Numbered from the stretch's first letter, positions 43,495 to 57,340 are shown. The stretch is 64,000 nucleotides of DNA from Octopus vulgaris (GCA_951406725.2 OX597834.1:26722001-26786000), one strand, 5' to 3'. Made by a program: numbers and translations. Notes: generated by a model not told the origin, from the letters alone.

Positions 43495-45914
43495 TATATA
43501 CATATATATACATATATATATAATATATATGTACGCTTATATATGTATAATATAAACGTACATATATATTATATATATATTATTTGTGTATATATATATA
43601 CATAATGTATATATGTACCTTTATATATGCATGTATGTATGTATATATATATGCATGCATACGTATATGTATACGCATATGTATATATATGTATGTATAT
43701 AAATGAGGAAGAGGAAATATCTTAATAGGTTAAATGTTTAGGGTAGATACGAGTAGAGTGAGAGAGAGAGAGAGAGAGGGGAGAGAGAGGGAGAGAGAGA
43801 GAGAGGAAGAGGGAGAAAAAGAGAGACATTAAGTAGAGAACAAAAGAAAGGTAAAAATACATTTGCTAATACTTTGTGGCAATGGTGTTGATGATGATGA
43901 TAGTAATGGCAATGTTGATGATGGTGATAGTGGTGATAGTAGTGACGGCGATAGGGAAGATGATAATGATGACGATGGTGGTGGTGGTGGTGGTGGTGGT
44001 GGTGGTGGTGGATTGGATAATGATCATTGTGAAGTGCCGATGATGTTGACGATGATGATGCTTATATGATGTTGATGATGACGATGATGATGGTGATGAT
44101 GATGAAGACGATGATGATGACGATGATGACGATGATGATGGTGATGACCATGAAGACGATGATGATGACGATGATGACGATGATGATGGTGATGATGATG
44201 ATGATGATGATGGTGATGATAATGAAGACGATGATGATGACAATGATAACGATGATGATGGTGATGATGAAGACGATAATGATGACGATGATGACGATGA
44301 TGATGGTGATAATGATGATGATAGTAGTGGTGGTGGTGGTGGTGGTGGTGTTTATTCCACTGCTGATGGCGATGACAATGAGGAGGCTGAAAATGATGGT
44401 CGTAACAAAGATGATTGCTTACGGTGATGATTGTGGTGGTGGTGGTGATGATGATTGCAGAATTAAATGCTGGCGGTGAATTCGATAGTGGTGATGATGA
44501 CGATGATGATGATGATAATGACGGTGGCAGTGCTGTTGGTGGAGACAGAAAGACCTCCTGCAGCAGCCGTGAGATAGAGCAGCAACAGCAGCAGCAGCAA
44601 TAGCAACAGCAGCAGCAGCAACAGCAGCAGCAATAGCAACAACATCAGTAAATATATAAACGCATTCGAGTACAGATCATAAACGAGACAAAAAAAAAAA
44701 GAAAAAAAAAAGAAATCAAGGAAGAAACCTAACACTTCTAAACCCTCAATCAAACTCCAAAGAACTCCCCCAAAACAACAGTGGCCAGACAGAGAATTTG
44801 TCCCTTAATTGTGCTGAAGGAAACAAGCGTTTTCATTAGGTTTAATAATGTCTACAAGATGTGGTGTAGACAGGACGATGGCTCCTCTCTCCGTCTCTCT
44901 CTCCTCATCATCTTCGCCGTTAATGATGAAACTTACTTCGTATAACCATCAGATACATTTAAAATAACAACCACAACAGCAACAAGAACACAACTGCAAC
45001 AGCAGCAACAACAACAGCATCAATACCTCCACCCGTAACAACAACAACATCGCCAACAAAAGCTTTTAGATTGCCTGCAAGACCAGCTCTGTGTCTATAG
45101 GGGGTTTACGGGGTGGATTATATTTTGATACATTAGAAGGAGAGGAGGGGAGTTGATGAGTAGCAGTGTAGTTCATGGGGTGCTAATGTGGGTAGAAATA
45201 AAGAAAACGGGTGGGTGAGGAGCTGATGATAGACTTCTTTGCCCTAAACATCCCCCATTCATCTTCCTCCCCCTAACAAGAAAACAATAAAAGGGTCCCT
45301 CTCTCCTATACACCATTCTTCTCTCTGTAGGTTTGTAACGTAATGTTGATAATGGTCTACGTAGAACGTCAAGGGGCGGTGCGTTGGCACAATCGGTAGA
45401 AAGTCGGACAACGTTTCTTTGCGGTACGTTGTGAATTCAAGTCCCACAAACTCGACTTTGCCTTTTATCCTTCCAAGGGACAATAAAACAAAGTATTAGT
45501 CAAGAACGAAAGACGATTTCATCTAATGATCCCGAAAAAAAATTTGTATCTAATCTTGTGCCTAAGAAATTCTTCTGAGACGTCGTCCGATGCTTTTCCG
45601 CCCTCCACCGCAGAGCGGTCGGTGTAAGTTCTACACCATCAATATATTAAATACTAGTAGGGCGGAAAATTGGTAGAGTCTATATCACAACGGGCAAAAT
45701 GCTTAGTGGTGTTTCGTCTGTCTTTATGTTCTGAGTTCAAATTCTGCCGAGGTCAACTTTGCCTTTCATCCTTTCAGGGTCAATAAAATAAATACCAGCT
45801 GAGCAATGGGGTCAATGCCTTCTACCTCAAACTTGCTGGTCTTGTGTTGCCAAAATTTGAAACCATTAAAGGCGGTGAGCTAGCAGGATCGTTAGCACGA
45901 GATATATTTATATT

Positions 45915-46305
45915 CTTTGACTTTGACTTGTTTCAGTCATTTGACTGCGGCCATGCTGGAGCACCGCCTTTAGTCGAGCAAATCGACCCCGGGACTTATT
46001 CTTTGTAAGCTCAGTACTTATTCTATCGGTCTCTTTTGCCGAACCGCTAAGTGACGGGGACGTAAACACACCAGCATCGGTTGTCAAGCAATGCTAGGGG
46101 GACAAACACAGACACACAAACACACACACGCACATATATATATGTACATATATACGACAGGCTTCTTTCAGTTTCCGTCTACCAAATCCACTCACAAGGC
46201 ATTGGTCGGCCCGGGGCTATAGCAGAAGACACTTGCCCAAGATGCCACGCAGTGGGACTGAACCCGGAACCATGTGGTTGGTTAGCAAGCTACTTACCAC
46301 ACAGC
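45915..46305 (-). mobile_element. SINE family A
   Basis: Reverse complement of the 6557 element. Confidence 0.9.
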
Positions 46306-46498
46306 CAGTCCAGTAAGAATACCTTGATTCCAATTTCTAAAAAAAGGTAATCTGGCGGATGGTAACATTTGGCGTAGCAATACACCGTCATCCGGGCCTG
46401 GCAAAATTCTTAGCGGTACAGTTGTATATTTAAGAAATGAGGAATTATGTGCATTATTTACATTCGACGGATATTTGTTCTCAACTTGTTTGTTGTTT

Positions 46499-46542
46499 AC
46501 ACAACGTTTCGGCTGATATACCCTCCAGCCTTCTTCAGGTGT
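46499..46542 (-). ncRNA. Minimal type I hammerhead ribozyme
   Basis: acac-CTGAAGA-a-ggctg-gagggtatat-cagcc-GAAAC-GTT-gtgt. Confidence 0.8.
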
Positions 46543-46590
46543 CTTTGGGGAATTTCGAACCTGGATTCTCATTCCTAAGGTATTTTTCGA

Positions 46591-46660
<70 letters not shown>

Positions 46661-46933
46661 GTATGGTATCATATTAGTATTTAGGGAGACAGGAACAGAG
46701 TAGTAGGGGAGGGGATTGAGAGAGAAGAAAAAAGGGTGCAGGGGAAATAGAAACAGAGAGAATTAGAGAGAAAGAGAGAGAGATAGCATGTGTGTGGGTG
46801 TGATAGAGGAAACAAGTGTGTGAAAGAAAGAGGCAGGCATAAAGAGCAGGTAAGAAGTAGATAGATAGAGACTGAGAGAGAGAGAGGAAGAAAGACAAAA
46901 GAGACAGAATGAAGTAGGAATGAAGAGTAGGGT

Positions 46934-47005
<72 letters not shown>

Positions 47006-48078
47006 AAGAGACAAAGAAAGAGACAAAGAAAGAGTAAAAGAGAAAGAGCTCGTACCTGCGTGAGACAGGCCGAAGGAGAGAACTGGTGAGTGTGTGTGAA
47101 AGAAAGAAAGAGAGAGAGAAAGAGAGAGAAGGAAAGAAAGAGAGAGAGAAAGAAAGAAAGAAAGAGAGAGAGAAAGAGAGAGAAGGAAAGAAAGAAAGAA
47201 AGAGAGAAAGAAAGAAAGAAAGAGAGAGAGAAGGAAAGAAAGAAAGAGAGAGAGAAAGAGCGAGAAGGAAAGAAAGAGAGAGAGAAAGAAAGAAAGAAAG
47301 AGAGAGAGAAAGAGAGAGAAGGGAAGAAAGAAAGAAAGAGAGAGAGAAAGAGAGAGAAGGGAAGAAAGAAAGAAAGAAAGAGAGAAAGAAAGAAAGAAAT
47401 AGAGAGAGAAGGAAAGAAAGAAAGAGAGAGAGAGAGAGAAAGAGCGAGAAGGAAAGAAAGAGAGAGAGAGAGAGAAAGAAAGAAAGAAAGAGAGAGAGAA
47501 AGAGAGAGAAGGAAAGAAAGAAAGAAAGAGAGAAAGAAAGAAAGAAAGAGAGAAGGAAAGAAAGAAAGAGAGAGAGAAGGAAAGAAAGAAAGAGAGAAGG
47601 AAAGAAAGAAAGAGAAAGAAGGGAAGAAAGAAAACAGATAGATCAAATGAGAAAATAGGTGAAGAATTAAAAACAAAAGAAATATTTTTTTTAAAAATAA
47701 TAAAGAAGTAGCAATTGGAAAAGAAGGGGACATTCCTTGAAGAAGACGAAAACAACGACAAAAACAATAGACCCTACAACAGACCCTTTAAAAAGCCAGT
47801 TAAAAGTAGCTATTATTGCCGTTTCTGGTTTAAGGCCTTCAGGATAAAGAGTAACAGGAAGTGATAGGAAGTCATAGGAAGTGACAGGAAGCGAAGCTGG
47901 TGGTGATGGCGGAGAAGACACATTGAACGGAGAAAGTTCGAAAACGGAAATAATGAGAAGCTGATAGAAAAAAAAAAAGGGGGTTAATAACTATGTATCA
48001 TCAGTGGGAACGTGGGAGCGTTTATTTAAAACGCGTACATACACACACTCACACACACACCGAAACAGACACACACCG

Positions 48079-48170
<92 letters not shown>

Positions 48171-48359
48171 ACACATACACAAACACACAATTGCATGTAT
48201 CGCAATATAAGAGTTGTCAAGTATCTTTTATCTTATACATGTTTCAGTCACTGGATTTGCGGTCATGCTGGGGTACATCCTTGGTGCGTTTTAGTCGAAG
48301 AAAACGGCCCATGTTCTTGTTTTATAAATCAGCGTTGGAGTCGATTTGCTTGACTAAAC

Positions 48360-49001
48360 CAGTGATTCTCAAACAGGGTCCATGTGACTCTTGGGGGCCC
48401 ATATAAGATTTTGTTGTTAAACTTTATGTGCCATAAATTGGTTATAATCTTATTATACGAAAAATATTTTATTTTTTTATACAGATGTAGGCGCAGGAGT
48501 GGCTGTGTGGTAAGTAGCTTGTTTACCAACCACATGGTTCCGGGTTCAGTCCCACTGCGTGGCACCTTGGGCAAGTGTCTTCTACTATAGCCTCGGGCCG
48601 ACTAAAGCCTTGTGAGTGGATTTAGTAGACGGAAACTGAAAGAAGCCCGTCGTATATATGTGTATATATGTATGTGCGTGTATGTTTGTGTGTCTGTGTT
48701 TGTCCCCCTAGCATTGCTTGACAATCGATGCTGGTGTGTTTATGTCCCCGTTACTTAGCGGTTAGGCAAAAGAGACCGATAGAATAAGTACTGGGCTTAC
48801 AAAGAATAAGTCCCGGGGTCGATTTGCTCGATTAAAGGCGGTGCTCCAGCATGGCCGCACTCAACTGACTGAAACACGTAAAAGAGTAAAAGAGTAAAGA
48901 GTAAGACCTTAATGATATTCAATCATAAAAATATAACAGGATTTTTTTAAACGTCGAATGGCTATGAGGGTCCACCAGTGGATAATGGTTGTGAACCACT
49001 G
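48360..49001. mobile_element. hAT (Charlie/Buster-like) MITE carrying a SINE A insertion
   Basis: TIRs cagtgattctcaa / gtgaaccactg; 8 bp TSD GACTAAAC at 48352-48359 and 49002-49009. Confidence 0.8.
48489..48904 (+). mobile_element. Full-length SINE family A
   Basis: Near-identical to the 6557 element. Confidence 0.9.
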
Positions 49002-49115
49002 GACTAAACTCTTGAAGGCGGTCCCCAATATAGCCGCAGTCAAGTGACTGGAACAAGTAAACGGTGAAGGAAAAGATTCTTCATTTTACGTTTATGTATT
49101 TGTTCTGCAAGTTAC

Positions 49116-49348
49116 CTATTTCTTTACTACCCACAAGGGGCTAAACACAGAGAGGACAAACAAGAACAGACAAAGGGATTAAGTCGATTATATCGACCCC
49201 AATGCGTAACTGGTACTTAATTTATCGACCCCGAAAGGATGAAAGGCAAAGTCGACCTCGGCGGAATTTGAACTCAGAACGTAACGGCAAACGAAATACG
49301 GCTACGCATTTCGCCCGGCGTGCTAACGTTTCTGCCAGCTCACCGCCT
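49116..49348 (-). mobile_element. SINE family C monomer with 18 bp TSD
   Basis: ttgttctgcaagttacct at 49100-49117 and 49355-49372. Confidence 0.85.
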
Positions 49349-49773
49349 TCTTACTTGTTCTGCAAGTTACCTGATGTGAACTCGCGTGTTGAAACCGATA
49401 TTTTTATATTGGGGAGGATCACATGTTCTTATCAATTAAACACATGCGCTATTTATTTGATTTTGATTCGTATTATTTTTAGTTTATCACGTGATCACGT
49501 GACCGGTCAGGCTATCAGACGTTACACATTGCTGGTCACAATGTGTTTTGTATTGTTTTAGCCTTCAAACGACGTTACCCCGCTTGCTCGGCGAGCAGGC
49601 CACCATTTCCCACCTGATCGAAGGGGGAGACTGGAGCAACGGGAAATGAAGTGTTTTAGTTAAGAATTCAACGCGCAGCCCAATCAGGGAATCGAACCCA
49701 CGATCTAGCGATGTAAGTGCAACAGCCTGATCGCTAGGCCACGCGCCTTCACATTTTTAGATTATACGTTTCT

Positions 49774-49813
49774 TCAAGTCCTTTCGTCACACATTCCGTG
49801 ACCTCATCAGTGA
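49774..49813 (-). ncRNA. Degenerate hammerhead motif
   Basis: tca-CTGATGA-g-gtcac-ggaatgt-gtgac-GAAA-ggact-tga; stem II perfect, cleavage site imperfect. Confidence 0.5.
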
Positions 49814-50141
49814 CTCTCTGTCCCATGTGTCTCCTCTTGTCCTGCTTATTCCATTTTGTCCTTCTGTGGTATTTATTTTATTTATGTTGTAAATGATTTT
49901 TCTGCCGCATCCTACCACTAGTAAAGTTAGGCAGGTGGTAAGTGCGTCTTCATGTAGCTGATGTCTTGCTTTAGTTTTAAATGATGCCATAATAGAAGAC
50001 ACTTGCCCAAGGTACCAAGTAGTTTATATTGTGTATCCAAATACATATGTTACCCTTGAATTTTTTGTCAAGCACTGGGTATATCTCTCTATCTTTATAC
50101 AAAAAAATATGTTCAAAATAATAGGTTCAAAAATAGATGCA

Positions 50142-50178
<37 letters not shown>

Positions 50179-50351
50179 GCATGAGCGGATATATATATAT
50201 ATATTTTACATTCGTTTATGGGAATCGTTTTGAATATGCAAATAAAGCTCCTATCCCATTATACTGGCCAGTCTAATGATGCTGGCTGGTGAACCAGTCT
50301 TTTGGGATTGGATCAAGCTGTATCGATATAATCAGTCAATCAATCAATTAA

Positions 50352-50397
<46 letters not shown>

Positions 50398-50445
50398 AAT
50401 ATATATATGTATATTCACATACACACACATATATGTATATATGTA

Positions 50446-50516
<71 letters not shown>

Positions 50517-50672
50517 GTATATCAAAACAAGTTTATATAAAATGCTACCGTTAACTCGCTAATTATTTCGTACATACAAAAGTTGATACGGCACCTTCCT
50601 TTTCTGTCTGTCTGTCTGTGTGTTTATTTGTCTGTTCCTCATACATACACACGCACACATACACACACTGTA

Positions 50673-50710
<38 letters not shown>

Positions 50711-50944
50711 AATGTGTGTGTGTCAATGTTTATACATGTCTTTTTACAGACGTGTGTGAAACTATGGTTGCGTGTGTAAACGTGTAGATTATCTTAATAT
50801 TTATTCACAGCGAGTAGAACCCGTTTCATGTATTTATGTATATATTTATATAATGTATAACATTTATTTTCATATGAAACTCATACATGCAAATCTATGT
50901 CCATAGAGACACACATGTTTACATGTTTATATACACATACATAA

Positions 50945-51445
50945 CAGATCAAGATTTCCTCTGACGTTCGCCCGCCCGCCCTCAGCTGTGTCGTGAAGAA
51001 AGATTTTAAACTGGGAGTTGCGGCGGGATACGTGACAGTGCCAGGCAGGCTTTCGTCTTTTTTACCTGCGCAAGGAGTAATTCCTGTCTGCCAACGTATT
51101 TGTTTGACTTGCTGGCTGACAAAGCTGTTCGTTTTGTGTTCTGTGAGCGTAATGCGTACACCGAACTTGTGCTCAAATGCCTGGATATTTCGTTCTATGT
51201 AAGTCCAGCTCTCACACCCAAACAGAAGAATCGCAGGAATTTGTACACTTAGAGTTCCGTTGGAAAACTAACAGAATTAATTTTCCATCTGGTGTTCCAA
51301 CTTCGTTGTGGTAGCAGAGGCCAAACTGAGACTTGTTATTCCTTTTAAGGTTTGCCCACCTTGATCAAAGTGTCTCCTAAGTACTTGAAGATGTCTACTT
51401 CGTCAAGTCTCTCTCCGTTCAGAATGAAACCAGTAATTGAAGCAT
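50945..51445 (-). pseudogene. Decayed RTE-clade LINE 3' fragment
   Basis: LNGERLDEVDIFKYLG and ILLFGCESWT motifs. Confidence 0.75.
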
Positions 51446-51903
51446 ATAAACATAAAGTTAATCCGGCCTCCATCTTTAGGATGGAGAGACAGGTTAGATA
51501 TGCCAGTTCATGCGAAAATTTATATAATATTTGCGGTTTTAAACAAATCCACTCACAAACCCACCCACTCAAACATAAACACTCACCCACTCACCCAAAC
51601 GGTCTAACACACACACACACGTCCCCTAACAGGGAGTTTGTATAAGGGAGATAGTTATTTCCTCAAGGAAGAAGATGCATACAATATATATTAACAAAAA
51701 AAAAACTCTTTTTCATACTTAATACGATGATCTTAAAATTTTTAGTCTTAAGTAATTACATTTAGCACCATTTCATTCTTTAAAAAAATCTTCAGCATGA
51801 TATACATATTAATTTATAGAAACTATGTAATAACTAATAAAGAGTTTGAAAAAAATCTATGTGAAACTATATATAAAAATGATATATAAAGTGTTTGCGT
51901 TAC

Positions 51904-52145
51904 TTACTCTGCAAATTTGATGACATAGAGGTTGAGGAGGCTATCATCCAGTTGCATCAGAATAATGTACAGGTTCAGGGTGTGTAGCTTATTGTTTGTC
52001 TCTTCGTTGTCTACATCATTAGCGATCTGCTTGTTGTATTTGATCTCTCGAATGATTTCGTTACAGAACCTAATTAAGGATGTATCCAGGTGATTCACCA
52101 CAGCAAACCGGTCCCCGAATATATTGGCCAAAGGGTCTAGATTAT
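51904..52145 (-). CDS. Coding exon 3 of uncharacterised minus-strand gene
   Basis: Pyrimidine-rich ccatcttccag acceptor, phase 1 matching exon 2, stop-free complex peptide NLDPLANIFGDRF...LYVIKFAE; ends at TAA 51904 or at donor GA|gtaagt (51908). Confidence 0.8.
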
Positions 52146-52208
52146 CTGGAAGATGGGAATAAAGAAAATGAAGAAAGAAAAAAAAAACAGATGTAAAAGG
52201 AAATAAAA

Positions 52209-52285
<77 letters not shown>

Positions 52286-52527
52286 ACACTCACCCACATA
52301 TCCTCGTTTAGTATAAAGTGTCGGAAAAACTTGTACAACTTGCTTGAAGATTTTGAATGCCTCCAGGTGAAACTCAAAGCAGCAAGAGGCTGCGTGGTTA
52401 AGAAGTTCGATCCGCAAATGCATGATTTCAGCTTCATCCCATTTTCGTGGTATGGTGGGTAAATCTGTTCTACTAAAGCTCAGCGAGTGAATTTGGCAGA
52501 GGTAAGCTCTCCGGATATATATGCGGG

Positions 52528-52619
52528 AAGGAATGTTTCAACCGAAGTCGCGTCTCGCCTTCACCTTCGAAACACGGAGTAGATGAAACCATGGCGACTG
52601 AAGAAGGGGAATTTTCCTT
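52528..52619 (+). ncRNA. Candidate type II-topology hammerhead
   Basis: aaggaa..tttc..cc-GAAG-tcgcg-TC-tcgcc...ggcga-CTGAAGA-a-ggggaattttcctt. Confidence 0.5.
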
Positions 52620-53629
52620 GTGTTATTTGTCCTGTACTCTATTTTTTCGTTGTTTAAGAAAAATGTCCAGTTCCTTGGTTTTGTGTTTATGTTTTCGTTT
52701 CTCATTGTGTTCGACGTTTTTTGTGTGTCCTATACCCATATATGCATGTATATATACATGTAGATGTAGGTACGTACATATATGTATGTATATATGCATA
52801 TGCTTTATTTATTAATTTGTTATATATATATATATATATATATATGGGAATCCACATAGTTTCCGTCAACTAGATCAACTCGCGATGCATTCGTTAGCTC
52901 AGAGTTATAGTAGAAGTCACTTGGCCATGGTGCCACGCCGTAGGAATGAACTCAAAACTACATGGTTGCAAAGTGAGTTTCTTAACTACTCAGCCACGCC
53001 TGCACATAGCTATGCTATTTTATTTTATTTTTATTTATTTAACTGTTTTTGCAGCTTGTAATTTCGAATTGCTTAAACGAAGAAATTCTCATTAAACAAA
53101 AGTGGGTAAGAAAAAACCACGCCATCCGAGCCTACCCCCATTGCAAAAATTAAAAATAACAATCAAATCTCCCTCCCAGAAAAAAGGACAGCACCCCCGC
53201 CAACCACGACCAATTAATCGAATCAACGTTTTGCAATGAAATTAAAATTTAAATCTCAGATGAAAAAAGTAAAAAAATTCCAACAAAATCAGATTTAGAT
53301 AAAAACTAAATAAAAAAAAAAAGAATTTAAAATTTTCGTTTATTTTTTAAAAAATTAGTTTCAATTCCATGTTTAAATACTTTTTTCACTTTCAAATTGA
53401 TTTCGCTCCCTTCCCCTATCTCGGCCTTTCCCTCCACGACCTTCGCTACTGTCTGCAATGACTATAAAAACAGACATTTTAGCTTTATTGATTTCAAATA
53501 AATATCTTTTAAAATCTCTCGTACTCCTTGGTACTCAACTCATTCCAATGCTATCATCTATTAACTTTGCTGTACTCCTCACAACTCACCCCTACGTCAC
53601 AAACTCTCTCTCTATCTCGTATCTATTAG

Positions 53630-53744
53630 TACTCATTCCATGGAATGAGACAATTGGGCGCAGCTGTTTGGACTGCGGAAAATTTGGCACGGCTGGTTGG
53701 GCGTTCATACGGTTTTGGCGACAGTACTCTTTGGTGCGCTGGAG
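53630..53744 (+). other. Candidate plus-strand exon, frame unresolved
   Basis: Pyrimidine tract then tattag acceptor, GAG|gtaagc donor, GC-richer unique sequence, two frames open. Confidence 0.35.
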
Positions 53745-54046
53745 GTAAGCGCATACACATATATGCATGTGCACACAGAAACGTACACATTCACACACAC
53801 GCGGGCACACACATACGCATGCGCGTGCGCGTGCGAGCAGAAATATACACATGGAGGTAAAGAGAGTGAAAAAGAAAGAGAGTGAGAGTGGGAGAGAGAG
53901 AGAGAAAGACAGAGGAAGAGAGAAATAAAGGCAAACTACATTAATTGAGCACGATTGACAAAAACACACTCCACTTCATCATAGACATAGAGAGGAATGT
54001 ACTTACACACATAAACACACATACGCACACACACACACACACACAG

Positions 54047-54079
<33 letters not shown>

Positions 54080-54712
54080 TAAACACACAGAGTGTGAGAA
54101 AGAAACATGAACATTTATTAATTGAACACGATAGGCATAAACACTCGCCCTCTCATCTTACACATAAAGAGGAATATGCTCACACACACAAACACATGCA
54201 CACACAAACGCACATACATACAGAAAAAGAGGGAGAGAGATATAGAAGGATAGAGGGGCAGAGAAAGAAAGGAGAAACGAGAGAAATATTACGAAGGCTG
54301 CTGTCAAATAAGTCAGCGTCGATTAAGTGACGCCAAATAGGCGAGACCGAAATGGCTGAACCAAAACGCCCCATACCTCGTATTTCACTATTTGCCGCTC
54401 TTTTAAATTCCTTCAATTCCTTAGGATCCTACACAATGCTTTACGTACTTCTTCGTAATCTTTGGGTACGCATTTCAACATCCTAATTCGTTCCCATCAT
54501 TTTCGGTGCTCAATCGTTAAGACGGTGTGATAAGTATACATAATAATAATAATGATGATGGTGATGATGATGATGATGATGGTGACCATGGTGATGGTAG
54601 CGGTGCTTCGTAGTGATGCTGCTGCTGCCGATGGATAAAAGCGGTTTTGTTCCCAAGATCTATGATCAAAGACGTTCCAACCATGAGCACCCTGCCTCTT
54701 TTCTACTGCTAC

Positions 54713-54767
<55 letters not shown>

Positions 54768-54793
54768 TTATATATATGCACAAATATATATAT

Positions 54794-55097
54794 CTGAGAC
54801 TCCCTTCGGTCATGACTGACCATGGGATTGCACCTAGAAAGTTACCCCCACCAGGCACAAGCCCGGGCAAGGTTGTTTATGGAAGACCAGCCTCCCCTCT
54901 CCACGTCACCGATGTTGTCCAAGGGAAAGGCAAAGGTCGATACAGCTTGGAACCAGTGACGTCGCAACTCATTTCTACAGCTGAGTGAACTAGAGCAACG
55001 TGAAATAAAGTGTATTGCTCAAGGACACAATACGCAGCCCAGTCCGAGCTCACAACCTCACGATCATAAGATCGACGCTCTAACCACTGAGCTACGG
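54794..55097 (-). mobile_element. tRNA-derived SINE, family D
   Basis: Minus-strand head tagctcagtggttagagcg and body gtgtccttgagcaa.acacttt; related fragments near 24065 and 49630. Confidence 0.7.
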
Positions 55098-55124
55098 ACT
55101 TTTACACACACACACGCACACAAA

Positions 55125-55168
<44 letters not shown>

Positions 55169-55377
55169 TACATACATGTATACACACACACATATATACA
55201 TACATATATACATGTATACACACACACATATATAAACATACATACATGTATACATACACACACACACAAATATACATGCATACATGTATAAACACACATA
55301 CACATATATATACATACATACATACATGTATACACACACATATATATATATATATATACATACATACATACATGTAT

Positions 55378-55416
<39 letters not shown>

Positions 55417-55951
55417 CATATCTATGAGAGTGTTATGGTTACATATATGAAAGTATGTATGAGTGTGTGCGTGTATCCTCACAGACACATATGTTTATGT
55501 ATGTATGTATGTATGTATGTATGTATGTATGAATGTATGTATGTATGAATGTATGTATGTATGTATGTATGTATGTGTATACGACGACCTTATCTAATGT
55601 TTTCTTTCCCTTGAAGTATGTGTGAAAAAGTCTGTGTGTGTGTGTGTGTGTCTTTACGTATATGTGTGTGTGCATGTGTGTGTCTACTGCCCCTGATCTA
55701 CATAAATTATCCAACTATAATTACGGTACAACTAGACAATTAATTAACGGTGGTAGTGGTGAAAGGAGGTAGTTAACGGTACAAGCATTTATAATTAGCG
55801 CTAATGGGTTTATTTATTCGTTTATTTATTAATTTATTTACTTTATACAACGTTGTTTCACTGACGAATTGAACTAAAACTAGTATGTGCGTGTGCGCGC
55901 ATGAGTATGTATGTCTAAACGCGCGTGTGTGTGTGTGTGTGTGTTTATCTG

Positions 55952-55983
<32 letters not shown>

Positions 55984-56356
55984 TGTGTGTGAATGTATGC
56001 ATAGATTCAGTCATAACCATACACGTACATATGTAGAGAGAAAGAGAGAATGTATAATACATATATATATAATATACATATAAATTCATGTATATGTGTG
56101 TCTATTACTTGTCTCAGTCATTAGACTGCGGCCATATGTATGTGTGTGTGTATGTATGTATGTATGTATGTATGTATGTATGTATGTATGTATGTATGTA
56201 TGTATGTATGTGTGTGCGTGTATGTATGTATGTATATATGTATGTATGTATGTATGTATGTGTGTGTGTGTATGTATGTATGTATGTATGTATGTATGTA
56301 TGTATGTATGTATGTATGTATGTGTATGTGTGTGTGTGTGTATGTGTGTATGTGTA

Positions 56357-56660
56357 GAGGCGCAATCAATGGCCCTGTGGTTAGGGCAGCGGACTCGCGG
56401 TCGGAGGAATGCGGTTTCGATTCCCAGACCGGGCGCTGTGTGCGTTTATTGAGCGAAAACACCTAAAAGATCCACGAGGCTCCTGCAAGGGGTAGTGGCG
56501 ACCCCTGTTGTACTCTTTCGCCCCAACTTTCTCTTCCTGTTTCTTGAGTAACGCTGCGATGGACTGGCGTTCCGTCCAGCTGGGGGGGGGGGGGGGCACT
56601 CATACGCCACAGAAACCGGGAAACCGGGCCCATGAGCCTGGCTAGGCTTCATAAGGGCGA
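56357..56660 (+). mobile_element. SINE family B
   Basis: Same head as 2369, different 3' tail. Confidence 0.85.
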
Positions 56661-57340
56661 CGCGCGCTCGCACCATCATGATCATGATTTAACGCCCCTT
56701 TTCCATATTGGCGCGGGTTGGACAGTTTGATGAAATCCGGCTGTGCCGAGCTCTAATGTCAACTTTGGTATGGTTTCTACAGCTGGAGGCTCTTCCTATT
56801 GCTAACCACTTTATAATATGTACTGGATGCTTTTTTCCCTTTAAACCACTGGCACGAGTGAGGTTACCATGGAACTTTCAAGAAAGGAAAAGAGCAGAAA
56901 AAAATCCCCTGCTCTGAGTGGGGCTTTATACCAGAAGCTAAAACTTTGATAGAGGGACAAGCACAAGGATCTTTCTATGGAGGAGATGCAGAGTTACCTC
57001 TACACCCCACCAAATATTTTATCTTTTATCTTTTATTCGTTTCAGTCATGAGACTGACCGTGTTGAGGCACCGTCTTGAAGGATTTTTTTCTCTTTTTAA
57101 GCCTTGGAGTAATTCTATCCGCACACTTTGCTGAACCGCTAAGTTACATGGACGTAAAGAGACCAACCCCAGTTGTAAACCGTTGGGGGTAGGTGGGGAT
57201 TGCAAACACCGACACAAAGTCATACACACTCACACACGGCGGGTTTCTTTGAGTTTCCATCTAGCAAAATGTGACCTCGTGTGTACCGTTGGCGATTTTT
57301 TCCCTCTGTCTTCCCTTCTCTGGATCTTTCCTTCTGCTAT

